A stretch of DNA of 64,000 nucleotides, taken from assembly GCF_032191835.1 (NCBI RefSeq), contig NC_083243.1, positions 67,270,001 to 67,334,000 of the forward strand, in the 5' to 3' direction. The notes beneath the pieces are model-generated. The model saw only the letters and a program-made list of their open reading frames with translations, was not told the origin of the DNA and did no database searches. Of this stretch, positions 1 to 12,888 are shown piece after piece (position 1 is the stretch's first letter; every line of letters starts with the position of its first letter). The position numbers were made by a program, and so were the translations under genes. The stretch comes from Heteronotia binoei (Eukaryota).

Positions 1-1392
1 TAGAGCTAGGTGTGGTGGTCCACCACTTCTCTTGTTTGAGACTAGAGTTGTGTTGTTTGGGGCAGGGAAGCTGGCACCTGGGTGAGAGACCCAGAGGCAG
101 CATGCTTGTTGTGGTTGGCCAGCTCTCCCCTTGTTGTTTGGGGCAGGGCTGGAGAGCTGGCATCTGTAGATTGTGTGTTCTGTGGCAGGGAAGCTGGCAC
201 CTGGGTGAGAGACCCGGAACCAGCAGGCTTTTTGTGGTTGGCCAGCTCTCCCCGTGTTGTTTGGGGCAGGGCTGGAGAGCTGGCATCTGGGTTTGCTGCA
301 GCCAGGTCTGCAGAGCAGACCTTGAGCAGATTGTGTTTTGTGTGGCAGTGACATTGGCAACTGGGTTTATATTGGTGCCAGGCCTGCAGGGTTCATAGAT
401 TAGATAGAGGGATGTAGTGCATTTGGGGCCTATAGAGATTCTCTGGTGTGAAGTTAGGTTTGGCTTTGGGTGCCCCAGGAATTGGACCCCCTGGTCCAAT
501 TTTTTTTGGCCTTGTGGGTTTTGTGTGGGACAGTGCCCTGAAGCTGCACAGCAGTTTGGGGGGCTCTCCTCAAAACCTCCTGCTCCCCAGAGCCACTTTT
601 CCCACGACAATTGCAGTGAGGAAATGGCTCTAATTGGTTTTTTCTCACCATTGGGAGCAGTGTTCCTTTTGGGGTGCCCACAGATGGGTGCCGTCTTTTG
701 GGGCCAGGGGGGTTGCATGATGGGGAGTCCCCTGAAGCTGCCCTGCAGTTTTGGGGCCTCTCCCTCAAACCCCCCTCTTGCCAGAGCCAATTTTCCCACA
801 GCAATTTTAGTGGAGGAAGTGGCTAATTGGGCTTTCCGCATCATGGTTGGCAATGGGCCTTTTGGGGAGCCCAAAGACAGGGACCCCCTGGCCCAATCTT
901 TTTGGGACTTGGGGGGTTGGATGGGAGAGTCCCCTGCAGGTCCTCTGCAAATTTGGGGGCTCTCCCTCAAACCCCCTGCCCCCCAGTAGCCTCTAATTAT
1001 GCCCTATGTTGCCATTGATTTCAATGTCCCTTAGGGTGTAATGATGGAATAGGGGCACCCTCTTTGGGTGCCCCTGGAATGGAATCCCCTGGACCAATCT
1101 TTTTGGGACTTGGGGGTGTTGGAGGGGAGAGTCCCCTGCAGGTCCCCTGCAAATTTGGGGGCTCTCCCTCAAACCCCCCCTCCAGGCGGCTTCAAATATA
1201 CCCTATTTGCCATTGATTTCAATGGCCCATAGGGTATAATAGGGCCGTATATTCGGAAATAGCTGCGCATTACCGTATATGCGGCTATTCCGAATACGGT
1301 ATTCAGTAGTACACGGGGAATCCGAATTTTTTTCCCCCGTGTACTTCCAAATCCGTGTAATTCCGAATTTTTTTTTTTTTTGCACATCCCTA
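1..1392. mobile_element. Right-hand part of a long non-autonomous hAT-like DNA transposon with internal tandem repeats; left end lies outside the window
   Basis: Ends in ...TGCACATCCCTA, the reverse complement of a TAGGGATGTGCA hAT-type terminus. Contains ~124-bp repeats (about 60-167 and 185-290) and ~95-bp repeats (about 883-980 and 1087-1180). The ORFs in the track here show no recognisable motif. Confidence 0.6.
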
Positions 1393-1393
1393 G

Positions 1394-2776
1394 TCTATAT
1401 GTGACTTTTGTTGACCTTACCAAAGCTTTTGATACCGTTAGCAGGAATGGCCTGTGGAAAATCTTGGAACGTCTAGGATGTCCCCCAAGGTTCCTCAGTA
1501 TGGTCATCCAGCTACATGAAGACCAGCGAGGCCAAGTTAGACACTGCAACGATCTCTCGGAGCCCTTCCCAATAGGCACAGGTGTAAAGCAAGGCTGTGT
1601 TCTTGCGCCAACTCTCTTTACGATCTTCTTTAGCATGATGCTTCAAAGAGCCGCAGCAGATTTAGATGATGACGATGGTGTCTTCATCCGCTGTCACACC
1701 GATGGCAGCCTGTTCAACCTGAGGCGACTAAAGGCCCACTCCAAGACAATGGAAAAACTTATCCGAGAGCTACTGTTTGCTGATAATGCTGCACTTGTCT
1801 CCCACTCGGTATCAGCTCTGCAGCATATGACGTCCTGCTTTGCAGAGGCTACCAAGCTATTCGGCCTAGAAGTTAGTCTGAAGAAGAAAGAAGTTTTCCA
1901 CCAGCCTGCACCCCAGGAAGATTATCACCCTCCTTGCATCACTGTGGGTGAATCAGTTTTGAAGATAGTCCAGCAGTTCAGCTACCTGGGGTGCATCATC
2001 TCCTTAGACGCCAAGATCGACAAGGAGATTGACAATAGACTGGCAAAGGCAAACCGTGCCTTTGGCCAACTGCATAAAAGGGTGTGGAGCAACAAGCATC
2101 TGAAAAAAGGCACAAAGATCAATGTTTACAAAGCGGTTGTGATGACAACCCTCATCTACGGCTCCGGATCGTGGGTTTTATACCGTCATCAACTGTGACT
2201 CCTTGAGCGCTTTCATCAGCGCTGCCTTCGCACCATCCTCAACATCCACTGGAGTGACTTTGTGACCAACACTGAAGTCCTCAAGCGGGCGGAGGTTACA
2301 AGCATCGAGGCATTGCTGTTGAAGACGCAGCTGCGCTGGACAGGGCATATCTCCAGGATGGAAAACCACCGTCTTCCCAAGATTGCCCTGTATGGCGAAC
2401 TTTCCACCGGCCATCAAAATAGATGGGCACCAAAGAAGAGGTACAAGGACTCCTTGAAGAAATCCCTTGGCACCTGTTGCATTAACCATCACCAGTGGTC
2501 TGACCTAGCCTCAGATCGCAAAGCATGGAGGCACACCATCCACCAGGCTGTCTCTTCTTTTGAGAACGCACGCACAGCTGGTCTTGAGGACAAAAGGAGA
2601 TTGAGGAAGAATCGTACTGCTACAGCTCCAACCCCAAATCAGACTTTTCCCTGCAGCCACTGTGGCCGGACCTGCCTGTCCTGCATTGGTCTTGTCAGCC
2701 ACCAGCGAGCCTGCAGCAGACGTGGACTACTGCACCTTTCTTAAATCTTCGTTCGCGAAGTCAAGCCGAGAGAGAG
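1394..2776 (+). mobile_element. RTE-clade LINE, 3' part (RT plus C-terminal C2H2-like finger)
   Basis: Motifs FVDLTKAFDTVSR, KQGCVLAPTLF, LLFADNAAL, FSYLG and CSHCGRTC...SHQRAC; (GA)n tail. Nearly identical to the copy at 44836-48721. TGA at 2196-2198 corresponds to CGA in the other copy (CpG decay). Confidence 0.95.
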
Positions 2777-3800
2777 TGATGGTTCTCATTGTTGTAGTGA
2801 GTTGGTCTTCAAGTTTGTAAACATGGGGGCTGTTGAGCCACACTGAAGCACTGTATTCCACAGTCCTATACACCATGCCTAAATCTAAGTGTTGTAGCAG
2901 ATACATACCAAGTTGTACCACATAATTTTTGGAGAAAGTTGTTTTGTGTGCATAGTTTCATTGCTACTTTGATAAGATGCTGTTTATAGTTCATGATCCT
3001 GTCCAGGGTAATTCCAAGGTACTTAGCAGTGTTCCCTCTAAACTGAGTTAGTGTGAGCTAGCTCACACTTTTTTAGCCTCTGACTCACACATTTTAGTCT
3101 TAGCTTTGGAAGGATGGCCTCAGAGCAAACTAATGTATGCAGCAGCCACATTGCTCACTGACAACATTAACGCTAGTAGCTCTCAAAGTAGAATTTTTGC
3201 TCACAAGACTCCACAGGCTAGATGAAGCATTGGTACTTAGGTGTGTGGTTGTTTGTACACTTAGTACCATTAAGGTATAACTTCAGTTAACAGTTGGCAA
3301 TATTGTTATTGAGATGAAACAGGAGCATTCTGTTTTTCCTAGACTTGGAATGAGTGGCCATTTACAGACAGCTAAAATGTTGAGGTTCCTAGTCAGTATT
3401 TCCTCTGACCTTCATTCAGTTCGTGCCGTACAGTAATCACCATGTCATTAACATAAGCAAACTTTCTGAATATCATCTTATGAACACCAGAGATGTATAG
3501 ATTGAAAAAGAAAATGAACCAAGGACCAAGTCTTGAGGTAGCCCATTATTCAGTTTCTTCTGTTTGCTGATTGACTGACTCATAATTACTTGGAAAGTTC
3601 TATCACTCAGCATGTTATTTAGAATTTGGAATAATGTTCTGCAGTGGAAAACTTGTAAAAACTTGTACAGCAGACCATCCCTCCAGATTGTGTCATAGAC
3701 CGCAATTCTATCTAGTCTTCTCATGGTGTACCCTGGATAACCCTAAAGAGCTAGAACTTCTGGCTGCTAGACAAATCTCTTGGCTACACTACACACATGG
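2777..3800 (-). mobile_element. Decayed Vingi/Ingi-like (I-group) LINE RT fragment, interrupted by a MITE
   Basis: Minus-strand pieces YDTIWRDGLLYKF, LNNGLPQ, KFAYVND, PKYLGITLDR, VEYSASVWLNSPHV occur in RT order with stops and frameshifts. The clade call rests on motif resemblance only. Confidence 0.7.
3027..3232. mobile_element. hAT MITE (CAGTGTTCCCTCTA family)
   Basis: Perfect 8-bp TSD GTACTTAG at 3019-3026 and 3233-3240; imperfect TIR. A related copy lies at about 36092-36270. Confidence 0.9.
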
Positions 3801-4099
3801 AAACTGGGCATTGAGTGTACTGGGTGGATAAATATAATGCTGAAGTTCACTGAAGTTCTTAGAGGTGAATCTTCAAACAATAAATAACTTCCTTCCATTG
3901 GATAGCATGTATGAGGCAGAGGTGACACCACACCATAATCCCATTTCCCCCTTCCTTGCCATTTACATTCCAAAACAATGGGAAAAGTGACAAATACAAT
4001 AGGATTTTAGAGTTTCTGAAGTATTTTTTATACATCACCTCAGTACCCATAGTCATAATCCTGTAAAAATACACCACATGTCTATATTATCATTACCAT

Positions 4100-4225
4100 A
4101 TTACAGGATAAGGGGAAGGTCAAAGTTGAGAAACAGCCACGTGCCTAATGGTGCCTAATGAGGTGAGATTTGGACCAGGGCTTCCTGGTTCCCAGCTTCA
4201 CTGCAGCTACACCATGCTAGCTATC
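4100..4225 (-). mobile_element. Old tRNA-derived SINE fragment
   Basis: Reverse complement begins with a degenerate A-box/B-box head (CATGGTGTAGCTGCAG...GGGAACCAGG). Confidence 0.45.
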
Positions 4226-4753
4226 AGTTGTATATGAAATGAAAAGAAAGAGTGACTGGATGGATGACTTGGTGAATGTAATGACAATGGCACAACAACA
4301 TTTACTAATCTACTTCTTTCACTTGTGTACTATAACTGCATTTCATTTTTATTATTTCATTTAGAACTCCTATTACCATGGACTCCAGTGGCCACTTCTA
4401 TGATCTCCCTGCCCTCTCTGGTTACATACTGTATTGAAAAAGGATCTGCAGCAGCTGTGTAGCAACATGTTTTATTCATTTCCCCTAATGCCACTCATCC
4501 TAGTATTATTCATAGTGTTCTGCGATGATTTTATTTCTAGCTTCACTAATTTTGTCTTAATATTAATTTGGAGCTTATTATTCCTGCTCTGCCAGAACTG
4601 TCATTTTACTTATGTTGTTCCCACACCAACAATTTATTTTCTGTTGTTTTTCTTCTTATACTTTTCCTTATTTGAGATAATTGTTTATGTGTCCTGACCC
4701 CAGTAATGATTATAGCCACTTCTAGATACTATATGAGTTTTCCCCAATAGAGC

Positions 4754-5471
4754 TAGGCTTGCCAGTCCCCAAGTCCCAGTGGGGGATCCGCTGGTTTTGC
4801 AAGCTGCCCCTTGCCCCCAGCCAGCTGGCCAATGGCAGGGAGCCCCACCCCAACAGCAACTATGCGCCTTTAGATCTCCACAGGTTTAGAAGCCTGCAAA
4901 CTCCTTGTGTTTTAAAATGTGTGAGTGCCTTTAAATTGGAGCAGGAAGTGAAATCTGCATTGGGAGGGGCCAGCAACAGAGCCATCTGTGTGAGTAAGAG
5001 CACATTCCCTCTGTTTCGCTTTCCTTTCAGACATCTTTGTATAGGAACCAGAGTCAGTAAGTGTATGTGTGTGTGAGAGAGAGAGCACAGTCTCTGTGCT
5101 TGTTTTGCATTCATTTCAGACATCTTTGTATAGGAACCTGTTTATGGGATGGAGGAAAACTCCACCTCTCTCTCTTTTAATTTGCCTGTGTTAGTCTGAT
5201 GAAGTTGGTGGAAGTACAGCAGCTCCTGTAAGTAAAGCCCCAGTGAGATCACAAAAGTGTTGCTTGCAAACTCTGTTTATTTTGGCTGCTTTGTGAGCGT
5301 GTGTTCACTTTCTTTTACTAGAATTGCAGCTGCTGGAGGACAAGGAAATGAAGTCTATTCAGGGGAACTGCACTGCCATATTTTTATTTTATTTTAGGGA
5401 ATGGGAAAGTCTCCTGGCTCCACCCCCAAAGTCCCCAGGTATTTTTTTTTAATTGGACCTGGCAACCCTTA
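4754..5471. mobile_element. hAT MITE (TAGGGTTGCCA family)
   Basis: Termini TAGGCTTGCCA / TGGCAACCCTTA; degenerate TSD AATAGAGC/AGTACAGC (6/8); internal 25-bp direct repeat TTTCAGACATCTTTGTATAGGAACC. Confidence 0.75.
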
Positions 5472-5974
5472 AGTACAGCAGACTGCAAATATATTCAATA
5501 CCTATAAATATAGGATTTGCTGCTCATATTAAAACAAAACTGATAACAGATTTGGAGATTCCTCATGAAGTAAAACATTCACACTCAGAATAGGAGCAGT
5601 TTCTTGCATCATTTATCCTAGCCATGGTCTAATTTGTGGTCCAAAGTTCTAAGTAGTTGAAACACCAGAATATGTGTATATTCTTCTGTCAGGATTCCAG
5701 AATGAATAGAGATTTAAACATAACTATGTTAAGAATTCCTCCCCACTTCAAAAGTAACCACTTCTTGTCATCCTGGACCATTTAATGGAGACACAGGTGT
5801 GGACACTAGACTCTACAACAAATCAAGTTGCCAAATTTGCCCCAATATACACTTAGGAAATGCTGTAACAGAAGTCAGCAACCTCAGCAGTATCATCTGG
5901 AGCTGAATCACTTGCTCTTCTTCCGATGTGATATATGTCATCATGTGTCAAAAATGTTAGTCTGCTCTCCTACA

Positions 5975-6172
5975 CAGGGCTTTTTTTGAGCAGGAACGCA
6001 CAGAAATGCAGTTCCAGCTGGCTTGGCCTTAGGGGTATGGCCTAATATGCAAATGTGTTTCTGCTGGGCTTTTTCTACAAAAAAGCCCTATGTGAAACAA
6101 TGGTGGCATCAGTGGTATGTGACCTAATATGCAAATGAGTTCCTGCTGGGCTTTTTCTGTACAAAAGTCCCG
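5975..6172. mobile_element. hAT MITE (CAGGGCTTTTTT family) carrying two ATGCAAAT motifs
   Basis: Perfect TSD CTCCTACA at 5967-5974 and 6173-6180; internal duplication. Confidence 0.9.
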
Positions 6173-6409
6173 CTCCTACATAAGATAATGGCAGAGGTCC
6201 CTGGCATTAAATGCTTCCCCCCTTTTTGTTATTTTTCCAAGAGTCACAAGATTCCTATTTTATTTTAGGTTGAAATGTCTTTTCCATGAATAAAAAATGA
6301 AGCCAGTATCTTAAAACTTTAATAATACGTCAATATTTCACCATTATGGTGTTTATGTCATACTATTAGTCATTAGCCACATGCTGTTGGGTAGCTTTGC
6401 CACCTATGT

Positions 6410-6550
6410 CTGTAAGATTGTTTATTGTGCGGCTCCTGATTTTGTAATGCTTGTTTTTATGATATCATTTTAACTCTGTTTGACTTTACTAAGCCGCCCT
6501 GAGCCTGCTTGTGGGATAGGGCGAGATATAAATCCAAAAATTAAATTAAA
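6410..6550 (+). mobile_element. L2/SINE-type 3' tail fragment
   Basis: TAAGCCGCCCTGAG...GGGCGAGATATAAAT followed by an AT-rich tail, the same 3' motif that ends the SINE copies in this window. Confidence 0.55.
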
Positions 6551-7018
6551 AATTACTTCAATAATGCTTCAATAATCAATATAATGAAGCTGAATATATA
6601 TGTGGTGGATTTTTAAGAGACAGTTCAATTCATTTTGGACTATGATTGAGGATCACAAAGGGGTTTTCAAATATGTTCCCTCAAGATTCTTATGTATTGA
6701 ACAAAATTCATCTGTATTGTTACTGATTAGCTCTTGTATTTTGCAAATGTAGAAACATAAATTACCTGAGTAAACTGCATTGGATTGACAGACAAAATTG
6801 TTAGGCCTATTTAGAGTAGTTTTATAAATTGTTTTTATATGTCCCATATCTATCGAGTATAGAAAGCCAAATTTTATTCTAAAAGATGTTTGCTGGACAA
6901 ATTGTTCAGAAGATACTAAGAAGCAGACAAATGTTTTATTGGTTTGCACAATAATATTTAGAATTATGTAGATTAAATGTATATAACTAATAATAAATAT
7001 AATTAGAATAAATATAAT

Positions 7019-7177
7019 CAGGGGTTGTTTTGTAGAAAAATAGGTGGTGGAGCTCATCCAGGGATTGTTATGCAGCTGTACCTATTATTCAATGGACAAG
7101 ATGGGAAGGAGGAAGTGGAATTCTCAGAAAGGTTCAGGAGCTGTGCTCCTGTGAGTTCCCGCTGAATCCGAGGCCTG
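7019..7177. mobile_element. hAT MITE (CAGGGG...GGCCTG variant)
   Basis: Perfect TSD AATATAAT at 7011-7018 and 7178-7185; a longer relative lies at 16853-17309. Confidence 0.9.
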
Positions 7178-7344
7178 AATATAATATTAACCAAATTATG
7201 TATTCACTGCCTGAAGCCCTCTTTATATGGAGGAGAAGGGAAATATATATACAAATATAAACATGTAGATAAATAAACATCACAATCCAGATTTGATGGA
7301 AGGGTGTATTCTAAGCTACACCCTAAACATCAGCATACAAAGAA

Positions 7345-8650
7345 ATACAAAGAAATCAATAAGCCATTGATGGATCCTGCAGATCTGGCCAATTACCACC
7401 CAGTATCAAATCTACCATTTCTGGGTAAGGTAACTGAGAGAGTAGTAGTTGAGCAGCTCCAGGGCTTCCTGGAGGACACATCAGCACTAGATCCATTCTA
7501 GTCAGGCTTCCACCCTAGCCACAGGACTGAGACTGTTCTGGTCATTCTAATGAACGATCTCCAAATGCAGTTGATTGAGGTGGGTCAGTGCTGCTGCTAT
7601 TGTTAGATCTTATGGCAGAGTTCAACACAGTTGACTGTGATCTGTTAACTCACCTCATTGCTGATGTGGTTGTACATGGGTTGGCCTTACAATGGCTCTC
7701 GTCATTTCTACACAGATGGGGACAGAGAGTGGCGAAAGGGGAGGATGTGTCCTTGAAATACCCTTGGTCTGTGAGGTCCCTCAAGGGACACTCCTTTCCA
7801 TGATGCTGTTTAACATCTATATGTGCCCCTTGCCCAGAGCTGCTATGGAGCTTTGGGCTAGGGTATCATCAATACACAGATGACACTCAGCCCTGATCAG
7901 CTTCAGTCCCATCATCTCTGGCTGAGGGTCTGGAAGCCATGGTGGGCTGGCTAAAGCGGAGCAGGTTGAAACTGAACCCTTCAAAGGTGGAGGTTCTGTG
8001 GCTGGGAGGACTGGGGTTGGAGTTGGAGCACAGACTGCCTGCTCTTGATGGGGCACTATTAACACCAGTGCCAACCATCAAAAGCCTAGGAGTGACCTTG
8101 GATGCTTCTCTTGCAATGGAGGCCCAGGTCACACATATTGCTAAAACAGCAGTTTTCATCTACGCCAAGCTAGTCAACTGGCTCCCCTCCTGCCTTGCTC
8201 AGACCTAGCCACAGTAATCCATGTGACAGTCACCTCCAGGTTAGACTACTGTAAATCTCTCTATGCCTGGAAACTCCAATAGGTCCAGAATGCGGTAGCA
8301 TGAGTCCTGATGGGAACTCCATGGACAGCACACATTCTACCTGTGCTGTGCCAGCTACACTGGCTTCTGGTTGCGTACCAAGTCAGATTCAAAGTTCTGG
8401 TTATGACCTTCAAGGCCTTAAACAGTCTGGGACTGACGTATCTATGGGACCGCCTCCTCCACTATGTCCCTGGAAGGGCATTGCGCTCTATAGGTCATAA
8501 TCTTCTGTTGATCCCTGGCCCTAAAGAGGTCTGGCTGTCCTCAACAAGGGCCAGGACTTTTTGAGTCCTGGTCCCAACTTGATGGAATGCTGTCCCGGAA
8601 GATACCAGGGTCCATGTGGATGTTAGCAGTCCTTTGCAGGAGAGGGGGAA
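7345..8650 (+). mobile_element. Decayed L2 LINE (RT and C-terminal region)
   Basis: Motifs NYHPVSNLPFLGKVTERVV, LLLLDLMAEFNTVD, VPQG, LKLNPSKVEVL, SLGVTLDASL, LHWLLVAYQVRFK spread across several frames. Confidence 0.9.
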
Positions 8651-10212
8651 TGGCTTCTGTCAGTTTGCTCCTTTTCTTCACACATACAAACCAAGTTTTC
8701 AGATTTACCACATTCCTGGGCAATTTCAAAACCCTACAAGAAAACACTGAGATGATATGTGTGGCTCCCCTGGAGAATTTGTGGTTGATGTTGAGAGAAT
8801 CAAAAACCAGACCACCCCTTTTTCTTCCCTCAAAATTATTTAAATATGTTTTGTGTTGTTATTTTGTTTTTTTAAAATCACTTGATGCCATTATAGCCAC
8901 AGACTAGGCTCTAAAATGGACTCTGATATGTTCTAGAGTCTTCATGATGAATTTTCCTTCATAGTTCTAGAATTTCTTAGCATTTCATTGTTTGCAAGTT
9001 CTCAAAGTAACAGGAAACTGAAAAGATTTTTAAGTGTGGATAAGGAAGCTTGGGAACAATAATCTCTACTGCTCCATGTGGCATCCTGATTCCATGGGCT
9101 CATTAAATAAATAGCATTGTCAGTGGCAATTTGCCACCCATGTCACCAGGAAATTCCCCCAGAACAATTTGGATTCATCATTCTCTAAGGATGAACTATA
9201 GTAAGATGATAACACCAAATGTGACTGCCAAATAAAGTTTTGTATAAATAGTACTATAGTACAGTCAACTGAGATCAAAACCTAGGGATCTGGGTTTTTT
9301 GGTGATGATTTAAATAATGGAATAACTTTCAGCTTAGGAAAGCATATTAAACAATGAAAAATAATGTACAGAGACTATATCACTAACTAAGGTCTTTTAC
9401 TATTATCCCTAGGATTCCTGTATCCTAAGTGAATAATTAACCTTTCTATTTCTGATACAATTGTATCCAAGCAAAACATTCTCTTGGTGTCTGCTTTCTT
9501 ATTCAAGCCTTTGCAGTCATTCACTGTATTTTTAGCTCAGTTCTAAATGATTGACTGACTCTGTCTCTAACTATCTAAACAAACATATAGAGACATATTT
9601 TTTAAGCTTCACACTCAAGCCAATAAGACATTCAGTTTACCGACTTAATGTTTCATAGGCAAGTCAAGCAGCAACCAGTCTCCTTTCAGGTCCTCTGCAG
9701 CGATTTTTATAGCTCATCCACTTATAAAATTAGCAATGGGAATTTCATGAGAAAATCATTTCTTGACCAAGGATAAGGAACCAAGAGCCATATTTGTGAG
9801 CTGACTGAGGGAGGGACAAAAATAACAACATAATTTCCTGGAAAAGTAGAATTTATAAATCACTTAATCAAACTTCTTGCTTAATGCAGGAAAACCAAAA
9901 CTAGATCCTCTAGAACAGATGGAGTTCCAGCCTCTGCTTGAAGACTTCCAGTGAGGGAGAACTCTGCACCCGCCAGTTAATTTGTTAATAAAAAAATCTA
10001 TCCTCCTGTAACTAAAGTCCATTAGGTATAGTCTTAGTCCCTGGAGCAGCAATGAACAAATCCTTGCTCTTTCATCTATGTATTCAGGTATTTGAAGAAT
10101 ACTATTATGCCCCCTACTCAGTCTTCTCTATTCCAGGATAACATAGTTTCTTTCTCCTCTTCTCATGAGTTGTTTTCCAACTTCACTGTTTTCCTTGGAA
10201 CTCACTTGTGGT

Positions 10213-10406
10213 CAGGACTTTTTTGGTAGAATAAGCCCAGCAGGAACTTATTTGCATATTAGGTCACACCCCCTGACCACCATTGTTTTGCACAGGGGGT
10301 GTGATCTAATCAGGGACTTGTTTGCATATTAGGCTACACCCCCTGATGCAAAACCAGCCGGAACTGCGTTCCTGTACATTCCTGCTAAAAAAAAAAAAAA
10401 CCCCTG
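10213..10406. mobile_element. hAT MITE (same family as 5975-6172, opposite orientation)
   Basis: Perfect TSD CTTGTGGT at 10205-10212 and 10407-10414; contains ATTTGCAT. Confidence 0.9.
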
Positions 10407-12696
10407 CTTGTGGTGACACATTCTGCATAATTTTGTGTCACAGTATACACAGATTAGTGCTTCCAATGATGCAGGTTTCTTGCTTATATTTCAATCAGCC
10501 TGGCCATCATACTGGGGACAGAGAATGCAGATAAATAGATTTTACTAGAACCAAAGATGTTAAGATGTTAGACCAGGCCCTTTAAATAGCATTAAGCAGC
10601 ATCCTTTGATATACCAATCAAAATTGCTAAATTGCTGTTCAGCATTTCATTCAAAAAGTCCACATGCAGAATGTGACATGCTGATTAATAGTCAAATAGA
10701 CCTTGCAAAAAAAGTAGGTCGGAGGATCTAAAAATGTTTGATGTGCTACTTTTGCCAAATTCACTACCAGCTATCCCATATTCTGCCACCAAAGGAATTG
10801 TGCATTCGGAATGAAATTGTGCAATAATAATACATTAACCTTCTGGACATTCAGTAAAGTAACTGGATGGAAGTACGTGATATACACACATAAACTGAGG
10901 ACATCCTGATCATATACACTTCTGTGTGTATGTATGGGAGCCTTACTAAGTTTTGAATTCTGGTTTGTATTTTTAACATGAGCATTCTTTATGTTAATGT
11001 ATTGTTAATGCTGTATGATATATTCTATAATACTGCAAAGCAGTTACTATATATGGGAAAAACAGACCAAATCTTTTCCTTTCAAGTAATAGATCCCTCA
11101 TATATATAAAAGTGAATTAGTTCACATTAGCAGCTATCAGTGGTAAAAACAATGCATTAAAAACAATCACCTAAAACAGTGTTTTCTAACCAGCTGTTAA
11201 ACCAAGTAATGTATTTATTTTATTGCACATTTGCATAATAGGGCAAACTAGAAAGTCTCTCTAACAGATGTGGTAGTGGCGGGGAGATTTCATTACTGTC
11301 CTCTGTTATTAATCACTACACAAATCTTAAATGATTTGTTTCTACAGTCTGATCAATTTACATCAGAGCCCTTGCATTTATGCACACAATGTGGAGATAA
11401 AACATCTGTTCACACCTTTGCTGGCAGCATTGATTTTCTTATCAGGCTTGAAGTTCTGCAGTAAGTGAGGCACAGGAGAATTCACCAAGAGACTGATAAC
11501 TTTGGAAAAGGAAGATTCACTGTTAGCACTGAGAATAATTCATAGCTGAAAGATATTTCTCATAACCAGTAATATCTGTAGTGTGCTTATTAGGGAGTCT
11601 CTTGAAAGCAGCCAGTATAGAGAAAATCCATCACTGCTTCTGAAATTTCAGCCAATTAATGTATAGGTATGTGCATATATAGATAAATGGTATTATATAT
11701 TTATATACCATATAGACTTACTTTATTGTACAATTCCCCCCACAAAAAAATTAATTTCGTATTTTATATGCATATACATAATGGACTATATATTCCAATA
11801 TGCATGCATCTATTATAACCTCTTTGACAGGCAATCTAAGGGCTTATAATAATGTGCAATATCATTGTTAAGAATTTTATAGAATTTTTTCTTTTCCTTG
11901 CAACGTAGAACTAAATTGTTCAATATAGCATTTCTAATTTGCCTTTAGAATTTTAGAGACTGAATGTAATTCAGATGAGTGTTTTCTGGATGAAGCTATA
12001 TTCTAGACCACACACACACACACGTACAGAAATAATAAATATTATTTTTCCAGTTATATGTGATAAATATCTTGTGAATACATTATATATAATGTGGGAG
12101 ACAGCTTTAGTTGGGAAGGCTGCAAGCATGTTTAAGTAACATCCTTAAGGGTTAACACACAAGTAGGCCTGACTGAGAAGAAGAAGAAAGACAGAAGAGT
12201 ACCAAAACACTAGTCTTATCTTTAACCTTGCACTATGCCTTATTGTATTTCTACTGTGTTTCTAGGCAACAATAGAAGTAAGGGATTCTTATAGCCCAAA
12301 CTGGATTTATCTGGTCCACATACATCAAAGTAGATTTTTTTTTTGCCACACCAGTTTTTTAGCCAATGAACTTAGCCTGGCAAAGTGTATCAGTACTGTG
12401 TAGCTGGCTCTTGTGATGAAATTATGCTGGATGTTTTAACCAGTTAGTGTGTGTATATGCTAACATGTGCCAATGTGTCATCAAGGGTATATAAAATTGT
12501 GACCATTTTGAAATAGAGCAGCTTGGTATGCAGGCCTTTGGCTTGGCTCTGCTCTCCTGTTATTACAATAAACATTTTATTTCTTCCTTCTTAAACTGGA
12601 CTCTGTCTGTATGTTTTTTAATGGTGAAGGACATTCAGATTTCAGATTTGTACAACAATAATACTTTATAGATGATATTTTGATATTGTATAAGGT

Positions 12697-12888
12697 ATAG
12701 CCAGGCTAGCCTGATGTCATTTGGAAGCTAAGCAAGGTCAACCATCACTAGAGTTTGGATGAGAGACCTCCAAGGAAGCCTAGGGTTGCTATGCAGAGGT
12801 AAGCAATAGCAAACGACCTCTGAAAATTGCTTTGAAAAACCTATGCGGTTGCCATAAGCCAGCTGTGACTTAATGGGTGCCAAAAAAA
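12697..12888 (+). mobile_element. 5S rRNA-derived SINE
   Basis: Head GGAAGCTAAGCAAGGTC...TTTGGATGAGAGACC resembles the 5S rRNA internal promoter region (GGAAGCTAAGCAGGGTC...CTTGGATGGGAGACC); Sauria/RTE-like tail GGTTGCCATAAGCCAGCTGTGACTT. Confidence 0.75.

Noticed and set aside
12-1018. Several 60-190-aa ORFs at the window start
   Set aside because: They lie in GC-rich internal repeats of a non-autonomous transposon, have repetitive peptides and show no domain motif.
1380-1394. ATG/GTG-type start of the 272-aa RTE ORF (MHIPS)
   Set aside because: The first codons come from the adjacent hAT terminus; RTE homology begins at about 1394, so this is not a real start.
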